Counted from the first letter of the stretch, positions 1 through 23,342 are shown. The stretch: 64,000 bases of DNA from Eledone cirrhosa (GCA_964016885.1 CAXHJY010001688.1:121899-185898); one strand, 5' to 3'. Made by a program: numbers and translations. The notes: generated by a model not told the origin, from the sequence alone.

Positions 1-948
1 TGTGATGTAATGTATTTATGTAAAGCGTGTACTGTGATTTAGGCTGCACTAGTGGAAATTTAGCCTGTAACTGTGGGCGGACCCGTGCCATCCTGCCGTA
101 AGCAGTGGATACGTGGCGCATATACGTGTTGCCCTCATATTCTGTGGTTCAAGATCTACAGGCTGACCTCTGGGAGCTCTTACCCGGGTTTTAGTCTTTC
201 TAGCACGATCGGCCTTCCATATATTGACGGTCGTTTTTATGATCCCGAAAGTAACGTTTTGGCCCCGATGGCCCTCCGTAGTTACTAACGGTCTGTGTAC
301 ACTCGAACCGGTCAATGGCACGTGCAGACATGAATATCTCCGTAGGATTTCAACTTTATTTTAATACATCTCATCGTATGTATTTGTTTTGAATATATTA
401 CCTGTGGTGGTGGGTCTGGTCTAATGTGGTATTTCGGTGTTTAATATCATATTTAATATCGGCTTTGACCCGGGTGTCCTACGCTGTGTGTGTGTGCGTG
501 TGTGTCCGTGTATACATTTATATGTGTATGGGTGTAGGTGGTTATATGTGTCTGTGTATATATATAAAAAATATATATATATATATATATGTATACCGTC
601 TCTGCATATGCATGTGGTGTGTATACGTGCATATACGTGCTGAACATATTGATGTGTACAATCTTGTGATGTCCCAATGCGGTGACTTAATGGCTTTTTA
701 TATATCTTCTGTCTTTATATATATTTTGTATGCGCTACAACTGTATCTGTTTGCTTTAATCTCACCTCGCTTGCTAATGCATGTGAATTCTTCTACCTCC
801 TTTGATGCACCTCTCTGACCAATTGACTCCTGCCCGTGTGTGAACCGGTTTGTGATTACCCCACCGCTCAACTGTGTGAATGCACACCCATGACTTTCGA
901 GTGAACTTTCGAGACTGCCCAACCTGGGACGCCTCCATTGCCTTGCAA

Positions 949-1083
949 TGGTCAAGTGATACTGGTGACTGTGACACTTAGTGCCTTCGTGGGCCCCTGA
1001 TGTTTTCATGAAAAATATTTTTTTAAAAATTGGTCAAGTGATACATATAACTGTGACATTTAGTGCCGTAGTGGGCCCCTGAT
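949..1083. repeat. Two ~53-bp direct repeats (period 82)
   Basis: tggtcaagtgatac...ctgtgaca(c/t)ttagtgcc...gtgggcccctgat at 949-1001 and 1031-1083. Confidence 0.8.
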
Positions 1084-1933
1084 ACATTCAAGAGATATAT
1101 TATAAAAAAATATATATCTTATCTCAATTTACTTTATTTCATTTTATTTCATTTCATGTTATCTAATTTTATTTATTTACTTACTTGACTCCATTTATTT
1201 ATTTATTTATTTATTTATTCATTTATTTATTTATTTAAATTTTAATTTTAATTTTGAAATTTTAAAATTTTAAAATTTAAATTTAAATTTTATTTATTTA
1301 TTTAATTTTTAATTTTTATTTATTTATTTTATTTTATTTTATTTAATTACATTTAATTACATTTAATTACATTTAATTATACATTTAATTATATCTTATA
1401 TTATATTATTTTAATTTAGTCTATGTTATTTGATTTTAGTTTACCTTATTTTATCTTATTTTACGATTATACTATATTATGTTCTATGTATATAATTTTT
1501 AATTTTTAATTTTATATTATTTTATCTCATTCCTTACCCTATATTTTATTTTTTATATTTTATATGTAAGTTTGTTATGTATTTCTTTGTATTTCTTTTT
1601 ATATATATTATAAGTCTGTTTTTCACCTACTTTTTACCTATTTTTTACCTACTCTTACCTAATCCCATTATCTTATCTACTCTTGTCTGTTCTCTTATCC
1701 ATGTGTCTACTCTTGTCTGTACTCTTATCCATGTGTATGCTTGTATGTAACTATATGTTGACAGCACCCCGCCCAACTGTGACTGATAGCACCCCTTATT
1801 TTTATTTTTATTTTTATTTTTACTTTTATTTTTATTTTTATTTTTATTTTTATTCTTATCCTCTATCGTCTATTATTACCTTTCATTCTTCAATGTCTTG
1901 GATTTGTTATTGCTTGTATGGTATGTAATTAAC

Positions 1934-1991
1934 CTTTATGCTCTGATGAGTCCCACTTATAGTGCGGATGAAACAATGTTAGCAAGTAAAG
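1934..1991 (+). ncRNA. Type I (minimal) hammerhead ribozyme, probably in the 3' terminal repeat of a Penelope-like element
   Basis: Stem I ctttatgct/agca(ag)taaag; core CTGATGA 1943-1949; stem II gtcc-cact/agtg(c)-ggat; GAAA 1970-1973; short stem III ac-aat-gt; predicted cleavage after GTT (1980); (TA)n starts about 140 nt downstream. Confidence 0.8.
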
Positions 1992-2123
1992 ATATGCATA
2001 TGCTATAAGCGTTCTTTGTTATTTATTTATTATATTACGGGTCTGTCCTTACATTGAGCTAACCTCATACTGCCTGCTGGATAAGTGGAGTGTTATACAC
2101 CCCTGATCCTTTCCCTAGCATAC

Positions 2124-14501
<12,378 letters not shown>

Positions 14502-14520
14502 ATATATATATATATACATG

Positions 14521-15147
14521 TGTACATATATATATATATGGTGGCTGCCAACTCGTTTTCGAGTACGGCCACTACTTTATATCCATGTAAGAGAACCCCT
14601 ACCGATGCGCTGAACAAGTCTTACTTCTTAGTTCAGCCAGCGACTTGAAAACTCTGGTACAAACACTACACTTGTGACAATTATTGACACATAGTGCTGG
14701 GCCCATTGTACTATGTGACGACAAGTGCAGAGAGATCTGCAGATATAAAGCAATGCCTGTGCCGTGAAGCTTTTATAGTGAGCAAAAGCACTGCACAAAG
14801 CCAGTCCCACTCTTTTAACCAAGATGATATTTACCAAAAAGAAGAACAAGTCAACATCATTGGATACCATCAGGGTTGCAGGTGTTATATCAGAGTTTTC
14901 CTTCTCCTAGAATTCTGCAGCGACAAAGGCTAAGGGGTCATCTCGCCCTGTTATTTTGGATGGCCATTGACTCTTAAGAGCTCCTTTGCCTTTGATAGGT
15001 TTTGTTTTTAGTCCTGCAGGATGTCCAAAGTCACCCTCCTCACCAAGAAACGTTGGTGGGGTTGGCAGTTTAGTCGCCAACGACCCGACCATGGGACAGG
15101 TTGTACTAGGATACATGTTATCAGTAGCACCAACTGGTGACCTGACA
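14521..15147 (-). mobile_element. Non-autonomous RTE-derived element (5' UTR-like part fused to 3' end with zinc-finger remnant)
   Basis: Minus strand encodes [17 protein letters not shown], an RTE C-terminal C2H2-like motif; near-identical copy at 54437-55039 and truncated copy at 56248-56573. Confidence 0.65.
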
Positions 15148-15179
15148 TAATATATACATATATAAATATATATACATAT

Positions 15180-18100
15180 AATATTAAGGATACTATTTAT
15201 GGTTATGTATATACTAAAACCTTTTATAGTTTTATATATTTTTAACCCTAAACAGTGAAAGACAGTAATTTCTTACTACCTTATTACCAGTAAGATAAAT
15301 AGCTCAATGTAATAACATCAGTTGTTCTACAGAGCAGTTACATGAATCAAAGTTCTGTTCAAATCATTTATTCGCTTACAATTGTTTCTTCCAAACCGAG
15401 ATTTGAAGTCTTCGGAGCAATTTTTCAATGATTGTTTACATACTTGACCTCCTTTTCAACACAAGAGACATACAGAAACATATGTATATATTGATGCACA
15501 GTGGGTTGACATCCATTATAATATTTAAGCATGGCAGTTTACATTTAAAGATTAAAGTCCTGTTAAAAGAAAATTACAACAACATTAAAGTTATAATACA
15601 ACATTGGCCGTTTACGATGATGATGCAGGAGGATAGTTAGAAGTAGTTAGTTACACGTGGGGCATGCACGTGTGTCCTATTTATTTAAGATTATAGTGCG
15701 GTAAGTTGTTATATGGAATATAAGCACTTTAAGCGGGCAATCAAGAGTATTGTGGGGGTTGTATAGTATTTTATATTTATGATATAGAAGCTTGTGTGCA
15801 GAGAAATATATAAAATATTAAGAATGAGAAGCAAACAGTGTTATGGTTTTTCGTATACACCACCATTTTCACAATCCAGGAAACGTAATATATAGATTAT
15901 ATGTCCTTCACATAATCTACGATGATTCAATATTGGATGCTTGATGAATTAGGTTGGAATATTAAAGCTTGTTGTTCTTTAATCCAATATTATATAGCAG
16001 GTTGTTTCTGTTGCGAGGCTGAACATCGTATTATTTTCCGGAAGTGTGTGTGTGATTAAGGGGAGTTAATGCGTGAGGGGAGGTAACTAGCTGATTTCTA
16101 TAACTAAAATGTATTATCCTAATGTACAATAAATGGTGTCACACATGAGTCCCTATCATATAGGTTATAAATAGTTTCAAAGTATAAGTATCCTATCTTT
16201 AAATTACAGTCTAGTCTATTAAGAAGTACTAAAGGTGTTCATATTAGGATGATTACCCTCTATCATAGTGTGCCACAACTGAATATTCTACATGAAGAGT
16301 CAGATTCCCAAATCAATGATCTTTGTAAGTGTAGTCTACCCGCAGAACCTGGCAGGGTTTTATTATAATCACTTCTATATATAACTCCCGGTAAGCTCTG
16401 GGTCAGTGCATGTCTGATTGCATGGTAAAGTTAAATATCACTAGGGTAGACCAGAGATCAATTCTCACTTACAATGTCACCAATATGACCATCAAGTCAT
16501 ACATGTATGTACAACTCATATATCACTTGTACATAATTCATTGTACCCAGCATATAGGTTATATAGTTCTTTTATGTTAATAAATTAATTAATCTTCCAT
16601 TTATCCAATGATGGCACTCCATACACAGAACAACATTAGCACAACCCATTCAGTGTTTAAAGTTTACATTAATTATATAGTGGTGTAATGTATTCTAAGT
16701 AATTGCAGGCAATTATACCAAAAGCAGATGTACATGGGGATATCTCTAAGGTAAAAGGTTCTAGAAGGAAGTCACTATTTGTGTCAATGTGGATCATTGA
16801 GTGTGGAGATGTGGTGTAAGGTGTACCCTAGAGGTTTGTTGCTAGAGGTGGTGACGGTTTCAAGTCTGACATTGTTATATACTGGGTTTAAAATTTTGGA
16901 AGGAGTATCGGAAGCGGTGCTGGCAAGACGCGAACACTTCTGATTTTTTATTAAGGAGGTTACTGTTTGAGAAGATAATAGTATGGGTCTCTAGTAGACA
17001 GAGGTTACAAAATTTATTAGGTGGTTTGTACGATGTCGCGTTACCTATCACTTCCCATTTACGTGTATAAGATTTATTTTTAGTTTTTTAGATAGTGTAT
17101 GTAGCTAGATAGTGAAGTGGAGTTGGCTAGACTGTGTTTTTTGAAAGAGTGGAGGTGCGAATTGTATCTAGTTTTGAAGCAGTTTGAAGTAGAGCCTATA
17201 TAGGTTTCAGAAGAGTTGCTAGTTGTGACGGTGCATGAGTATATTATATCCTTGATTAAGCATTTTTTATCTAAAGGGCAGGTTCTATTTGATCTACAAT
17301 TACAATTATTCTGGGTGTTAGTCTGCCGGTTATTATGTTGTGTAGAAGTCCGGATGGTAGCTATAGGATTATGGTTATGGGGGTTGATGTTCCCAGCGTT
17401 ATTGCTTACACTAGTTCTATTACTATTATTACTATTGTTATTAGGATTAGTTGACATAATGTTATTAAGGAGGTTTAACGCCTGTTGTGATTTAGTTTGT
17501 TGGAAGTAAGAATTAATTTTTCTTTTATTGCTACTAGCTATGTGGTATGCTATGTTAGGCGTAGTAGAGTAGGAGATTTTAATGGTGTTTTTGTTTAAAA
17601 GGCTATGGTACTTGTGGCCAGATGGGAAGTTTTTATCTAGGAGTGAGAAGAAAGCTCTAGGTATGTTGGTAGAGACGTTTAGATTGAAAGGAGGGTTTAA
17701 AAATGTATTATTTCTTCTATTTTTGTTTTTTATGCCTGGTGAGTTGTTTCCTTTATGGTACTATGGTAATTTCTGTGGTGTGGTTACATTTGTTGGTATC
17801 CACCTATTAGTGTGTGTGTGGTTGCTATTCTTATTACTAAATTTCCTCATGGACATATTGTGCGAAATAATGTTGTAGCTATGTGTTTTTGTAGGTAGGA
17901 ACTCGATCTCTATATTATGGCCTGATCTAGCTAATGCCTGATTATAATATTGCGAGATTTGCTAAATATGTTTATGTCATATGATAGATTAGAGATTCTA
18001 TTGGATACTCCTTAGAGATAGAGTTTAATATTGATCTAGGGTGGTTAGACTTGGTATCTACGTAAATGAGTTTTTCGTTAGGTTTATGGAAAGGTGTATA

Positions 18101-18717
18101 TATCTTTGAGTCTAGGTAGAGGGTGGCGTCCAGGAAGTTAACGCTTTTAGTGTTTTTGTCCATGGTGATACTAAGGTTATAGTTTTTGAATGTCTTGTGC
18201 AATAGTTTTCTAGTTCTTTCTATATTGAATTTTTATAGTCTATAAGTAGAAGTGCATCATCGCGGTACAAACCACCGTTGAGGTATGGAAGGTCCTTATG
18301 GATTTCGTTAAGTAAATATAGGCCGACCAAATCAGTGACCTGCGCCGAGTCACTAGATCCCATGGTTATGTTGAAGTTGTTTTGCGTATTTTTGCGGGTC
18401 CATAATTGGTCTTCAAAGGTGAAAAGGTTATACGGGCCGCAAGTATGACATCAATCTGGGGTCTAGTCAGGTCACTATTGTCCATGGCCATGATTAGTGC
18501 CTTATTTAATAGTATAGGGAAAATAGAGGTGTAGTATGAATTGATATCAAATTGAATAAATTTGTTATCCTTGTTATCCTTGATATCTTTGAACCATTCA
18601 ATAACTTCACCCGTATTTCCCCATTGTTTAAGGTATATCTTGTGTTTTAATGTAAACTTTAAACACTGAATGGGTTGTGCTAATGTTGTTCTGTGTATGG
18701 AGTGCCATCATTGGATA
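15180..18717 (-). mobile_element. 5'-truncated Penelope-like retroelement, Naiad type, with long 3' region and inverted 5' piece
   Basis: RT and GIY-YIG remnants at 16875-18646; 18647-18717 is an exact inverted copy of 16602-16672. The left boundary at the TA run near 15180 is inferred. Confidence 0.75.
16875..18646 (-). pseudogene. Frameshifted PLE ORF: reverse transcriptase plus GIY-YIG endonuclease
   Basis: Minus-strand motifs QWGNTGEVIEWF, FIQFDINSYYTSI, FNITMGSSDSAQVTDLVGLYLL, GLYRDD, VNFLDATL, CNCR..CPL..KC, IIY...YIGST, FKTRYNSH, CNLCLLE, LLNKKSEVFASCQH; stop at 16875-16877; several frameshifts. Confidence 0.92.
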
Positions 18718-18724
18718 TACCACC

Positions 18725-18880
18725 AATTACCCAGTGTATATTACTGGTACTTTATTTTTTCGACCCCATAAGGATGAAAGGCGAAGTTAACCTCGGCGGA
18801 TTTGAACTCAGAATGGCAAGGGCCGTAACTCTATGCGTCAAAGCATGGCGTCCGACCCTCTACCGATACTGCCAATCCAC
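18725..18880 (-). mobile_element. tRNA-derived cephalopod-type SINE
   Basis: ctggtactttattt...cgacccc...ggatgaaaggc.aagttaacctcggcggatttgaactcaga (B-box gagttcaaatcc on minus); many copies in window. Confidence 0.85.
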
Positions 18881-18899
18881 CGACCACAAACGATAGAAA

Positions 18900-19190
18900 T
18901 AATGAAGACGATGATGACGTTGTGATGATGGTGATGAGGACTACAATGATGATGGTGATGATGATGTTGTAATGATGGTGGTGGGGATAACGACGATGAT
19001 AAATGTGATGAAGATGATAACGAGGATACGAATGATGCTGACGACGACGGTAGAAGTGATGAAGAAGATGGCGAGAAGGATGACGATGATGTTGGTGATG
19101 ATGTGGTGTTTGGTATCGGTGGTAGTGTGGGAGGGAGGGAGGGGGTGCTGGAAATAGTAATGATGATATTGTCATAGGTGATGATGATGA
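18900..19190. repeat. Degenerate (GAT/GAC/GGT)n microsatellite
   Basis: Visible trinucleotide runs. Confidence 0.85.
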
Positions 19191-19539
19191 TAAATGTGCT
19201 GGTTAGAAGGAGAAGGATATAAGATATGTTCTTCTTAATGAGATGATTGTTTTGATATTTGTAGAGAGACAGGTGAGACAGGTAGGGAAATAGAGAGTGC
19301 CAGAGAAATACATAGATAGATAGAGAGAGGGGGGTGAGAGAACGGGATTAATAGGTAGATAGATATGTATGTATGTTGGTAGGTAGATAGATAGTTAAAT
19401 AAATAAATATACATATATATATACATATAATATATATAATATATACATATATATATATATGTATATATATATATACATATATATATATATGTATATATAT
19501 ATATACATATATATATATACATATATATATATGTATATC

Positions 19540-20033
19540 TCTTTTACTCTTTTACCTGTTTCAGCCATCCGGCTGAGGCCATGCTGGGGCACCGCCCTTG
19601 TTGCTACACATTTTATCTCCAGCCTGTATAGGTTGGCCACTGGTGTAGGAGGGAGTTTGTTGCTGCTGCCCTTAGGTTTCCCTCGTGTCTTGCTGTGGGC
19701 TCATCCGGGATCCTGGATAACAAGGTGTCGAGATGTTTCTTAAAGACATCCACCTCCACGTCATGCAAGTCTCGCAGATGCCTCGGCAGCCTGTTGAAGA
19801 GTTGAGGGCCCTTGAATCCCAGGCTATTGCAATACCTGCTCCTTATTCTAGATGTGGAAGACGGGACCTTTGGCACCACACAGTGACGTCCTGTTCGACG
19901 GTTGGTCCAGCTCCCAATGCCAAAGTTTGGTGCTAGTCCCTCCAGGATTTTCCACATGTAGATCACTGCGTATCTCTCCCGTCTTCGCTCCAAGGAGTAG
20001 AGGTTCAGTTCCTTCAGCCTCTCCCAGTAGCTG
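19540..20033 (-). mobile_element. 3' fragment of CR1/L2-group LINE
   Basis: LERRRERYAVIYMWKILEGLAPN...SLGFKGPQLFNRLP...IPDEP; related to the C-terminus at 63789-63992 (LQRRRERYIICMMWKM); ends in an aagagtaaaag-type tail. Confidence 0.85.
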
Positions 20034-20183
20034 GACCATAACGCACCAGAGTACTCAATACTTAGGGTAGTAGAGTGGGAAATAGGAAAAGGTATGACCC
20101 CCGACGGCAGAGCTCAAGCCGTTTCGACGGCTATTACCGTAGAAACGGCTTGAGCTCTGCCGTCGGGGTAATACTTTTTCCTA
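20032..20183. mobile_element. Short repeat with ~43-bp inverted arms (20083-20125 / 20142-20183)
   Basis: taggaaaaggtatgacccccgacggcagagctcaagccgtttc versus gaaacggcttgagctctgccgtcggggtaatactttttccta. Confidence 0.8.
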
Positions 20184-20265
<82 letters not shown>

Positions 20266-20273
20266 TTGGCCGG

Positions 20274-21004
20274 AATTTGGCCGGAGTATCGCTATTAGCT
20301 TTCCCGTTTATGTATTTATATATTTACTCTTGGTGCAACAGATATGAACTTTCCCGATATAAGGCATGACTCTTTTTTTATATGAATATTGATTGTTTGT
20401 TCTTGTATCTCATTCTGTTATTTAGCCCGAGAAAATATCTATGTGTGTCATCAAGCGATGCGCACATATGGTTATTTTTTCAAATCCAATGGAGTTCTAG
20501 CACGTGGCTTGAATTCTTTTCAGAATTCATTGACCTGCGCATGTAATTGTTTTTTGCGGTAATCTCCTTCCTCCTAATTTCGAGACAGTGTGAGATTTTC
20601 TTTAGAACTGCTGGACTAACAACCTAGCAACTCCCTAAAGCACTGATGGTGATTATCGCTAAATATTGATGTTGATTTGGTTATCTATATTAATATTATT
20701 TGGCACCCACTGAAGAATTATAAGAGCCCACTTGAATAAGTATCTGTTGATCTTATACAAGCTTCTACATAACTTTGTATAATTTCACCCAACTGGTAGA
20801 AATCTTATAGTGAAACGAGACGTCCGTCTGGGAAGAGATATATTTGATATATCTCATATGAAATGATACAGCCAATTTTCCACACAATACAATTAGTTAG
20901 CACCCCGAACATTTAATTAGGAATATACTCAGGTATTTCCTTTTGTTGAGTGAGCTGTAATTTGGCCGGAGTATCGCTATTAGCTTTCTCCGATTATGTA
21001 TTTA
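20274..21004 (+). mobile_element. (TA)n-flanked 685-bp unit with ~45-bp terminal direct repeat and an internal hammerhead (solo PLE terminal repeat or retrozyme monomer)
   Basis: aatttggccggagtatcgctattagctttc...tatgtattta at 20274 and 20959; HHR at 20706-20832; TA runs on both sides. Confidence 0.7.
20706..20832 (+). ncRNA. Type I hammerhead ribozyme with branched stem II
   Basis: Stem I ccca/tggg; CTGAAGA 20710-20716; 9-bp stem II attataaga/tcttatagt enclosing 77 nt; GAAA 20812-20815; stem III acg/cgt around palindromic gacgtc; GTC cleavage triplet ending at 20828. Confidence 0.75.
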
Positions 21005-21016
21005 TATATATGTATA

Positions 21017-21062
<46 letters not shown>

Positions 21063-21106
21063 TATATATATATATATATATTTTTATATATATATATATA
21101 TATTTT

Positions 21107-21229
<123 letters not shown>

Positions 21230-21247
21230 TTATATATATATATATAA

Positions 21248-21391
21248 ATAACGAAGGAAATGTGGTAAGGAACCAGGTAGACCTAACGCACCAAAGTACT
21301 CAATACTTAGGGTAGTAGAGTGGGTAATAGGAACGAGTAGGACCCCGACGGCTGAGCTCAAGCCGTTTCGAAGGCTAATTCTGGACTCCGT

Positions 21392-21393
<2 letters not shown>
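21248..21393 (-). mobile_element. Short (TA)n-embedded repeat, non-inverted copy
   Basis: Homologous to 21841-21972 and the reverse complement of 34798-34927. Confidence 0.75.
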
Positions 21394-21457
<64 letters not shown>

Positions 21458-21553
21458 ATTTATTTATATAACTATCTATCTATCTATCTACCTATTTATC
21501 CCGTTCTCTCACACCCCCCCCCCTCTCTCGCCATCTATCCATCTACCTGTCAG

Positions 21554-21624
21554 TCAGTGGTGGTAGTCAAGTTAGCAATTTTCAACTGACAGTTGAAAAT
21601 TGCAAACTTGACTGTCACCACTGA
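21554..21624. repeat. 35-bp near-perfect inverted repeat (hairpin)
   Basis: tcagtggtg-gt-agtcaagtt-a-gcaattttcaactg / a / cagttgaaaattgc-a-aacttgact-gt-caccactga. Confidence 0.9.
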
Positions 21625-21626
21625 AT

Positions 21627-21667
21627 TTGAACCTGAAGATTGCGAAAGCATGAAAGTACTTGTTTAG
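21627..21667 (+). ncRNA. Minimal type I hammerhead-like motif
   Basis: Stem I ttgaac/gtttag; CTGAAGA 21633-21639; stem II tgc-GAAA-gca with T.T at the base; GAAA 21652-21655; 1-bp stem III with palindromic gtac loop. Confidence 0.6.
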
Positions 21668-21809
21668 CATTTAACATTTAATATTCTACCATACTATTTC
21701 ATTCTAATACCATTATACATTTTAAAGGATTGTAAATAAAACGAGTAAATCAGACAAAGTTGGAATTCCTTTTATTAATATAATCTTCTATACACAATCA
21801 TACACACCC

Positions 21810-21840
<31 letters not shown>

Positions 21841-21845
<5 letters not shown>

Positions 21846-22040
21846 AAGGAATTGTGATAAGGAACCAGATGGACCATAACGCACCAGAGTACTCAATACT
21901 TAGGGTAGTAGAGTGGGAAATAGGAAAAAGTATGACCCCGGCGGCAGAACTCAAGCCGTTTCGACGGCTATTTCTAATTTAGTCCAGTAATAGCCGTCGA
22001 AACGGCTCGAGCTCTGCCGTCAGGGTCATACTTTTTCCTA
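21841..22040. mobile_element. Short repeat with 52-bp inverted arms (21921-21972 / 21989-22040), TA-flanked
   Basis: Arms pair directly; same family as 20032-20183. Confidence 0.8.
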
Positions 22041-22150
22041 TATATATATATATATATATATATACATACAGTGGCGGAGTGGCTAGGTTATCAGGCCGCC
22101 CAATGGCAATGAGCAGGAGACCCACGGTAGCATTGCAGGAGTCCCACAGT

Positions 22151-22181
<31 letters not shown>

Positions 22182-22204
22182 AAGAGAGAGAGAGAGAGAG
22201 AAAG

Positions 22205-22288
<84 letters not shown>
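22151..22288. repeat. (GA)n microsatellite
   Basis: Visible run. Confidence 0.95.
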
Positions 22289-22290
<2 letters not shown>

Positions 22291-22400
22291 AGAGCCATGA
22301 AGTGCAACAGAAATGAAACATGGATTACAGGTTAAAATGTAGTCTAGATAGATGTGACACAAAACGAGGATGTAGTTTATGGAACACCCAAATGATTTAG

Positions 22401-22828
22401 AAGTCCACCTTAAGTAGGAGCAATAACATTAAGAAAGACATGAACATTATTTTGTATTGAACATTTTGAAAGTAGGTTTATAAGTATGAATTTTCATAAG
22501 ATTTTCGTAGCAGTCTCAGTGGCCTATCGGTAGGTACTAGAGACGGTGGAGATCCTGGTCTTGGGTTCAAGAGGTACTTTTTCAGTTTTTATTTTACATA
22601 CCATAGAAAAAAACTGAAAAGATTTACTGGGAGCCCTACTCCCGACCAGGATCGAACTTTAGACCTGGATCACCACCCTCTATGATTCCTCCAGCTAGGC
22701 CGCCGAGACAGCTAAAAAAGTATAATGAAAATTAATATTTATAAACCTACTTTCAAAATCAAAGTTTAAAAGATGTGGTGTCATTCATGGCTTTCCTAGA
22801 GCTATTAGTCATATTTAGGGTTGACTTG
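22401..22828. mobile_element. Long imperfect palindrome with tRNA-like arms
   Basis: attttgaaagtaggtttataa/ttataaacctactttcaaaat; tagcagtctcagtggccta/taggccgccgagacagcta; ggtggagatcctggtct/agacctggatcaccacc; ttttcagttttt/aaaaactgaaaa. Confidence 0.8.
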
Positions 22829-22916
22829 TCAATCTTCTGGCTCTTTGGTAACAACCTCATTATTCATATGTGTTTTTAACTGCTATATTAATTTACTTTG
22901 ATTATTTTAACAAGCA

Positions 22917-22957
<41 letters not shown>

Positions 22958-23129
22958 TAAATATATATATAATTGTCTCTACTTTAGGCACTGGCATTAT
23001 AAAAATTAATTGACAGCATTCTATATGTAGGTGGGCCCTCTTCATGCCCTGGCAACCAATATTTTTAGACCCATTCCGCCACTGTATATATATATATATA
23101 TACTCTCAGACGCGAGTCTACATGTTAAA

Positions 23130-23221
23130 ACATATCTGAGGAGCGTCCGATTCCAGAGTCAGGTTCGATCATTAATCGGTCGTTCCTTGAGCTGATCGAC
23201 AGTGAAACATATGTAATATGT
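23130..23221 (+). ncRNA. Type I hammerhead ribozyme with long stem II
   Basis: Stem I acatat/atatgt; CTGAGGA 23136-23142; 61-nt imperfect hairpin stem II (cgat/atcg, cag/ctg, tcagg/ccttga, cgatc/ggtcg); GAAA 23204-23207; palindromic acatatgt stem III; GTA triplet ending at 23215. Confidence 0.75.
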
Positions 23222-23251
23222 ATACGATGGAACAGTGATTCTTTGTTCCCT

Positions 23252-23254
<3 letters not shown>

Positions 23255-23314
<60 letters not shown>

Positions 23315-23342
23315 AGAGAGAGAGAGATAGATAGATAGATAT
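23255..23342. repeat. (GA)n/(GATA)n microsatellite
   Basis: Visible run. Confidence 0.9.

Larger units (their letters stand above)
22069..23084. mobile_element. Non-autonomous TIR element (hAT-like MITE)
   Basis: Terminal inverted repeats cagtggcgga(g/a)tgg / ccattccgccactg; weaker subterminal complementarity; flanks tatacata/tatatata are compatible with an 8-bp target-site duplication but uninformative in TA context. Confidence 0.65.

Noticed and set aside
1-360. Short ORFs and a CRH tripeptide suggesting a PLE endonuclease end
   Set aside because: The other GIY-YIG motifs could not be found in frame.
15040-15130. Twister or HDV ribozyme assignment for the RTE-derived 5' end
   Set aside because: Only fragments of either consensus fit; the required pseudoknot pairings were not found.
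16875-17330. Selenocysteine recoding as known for some Naiad elements
   Set aside because: The conserved cysteines I read use TGT/TGC; the disruptions are ordinary frameshifts.
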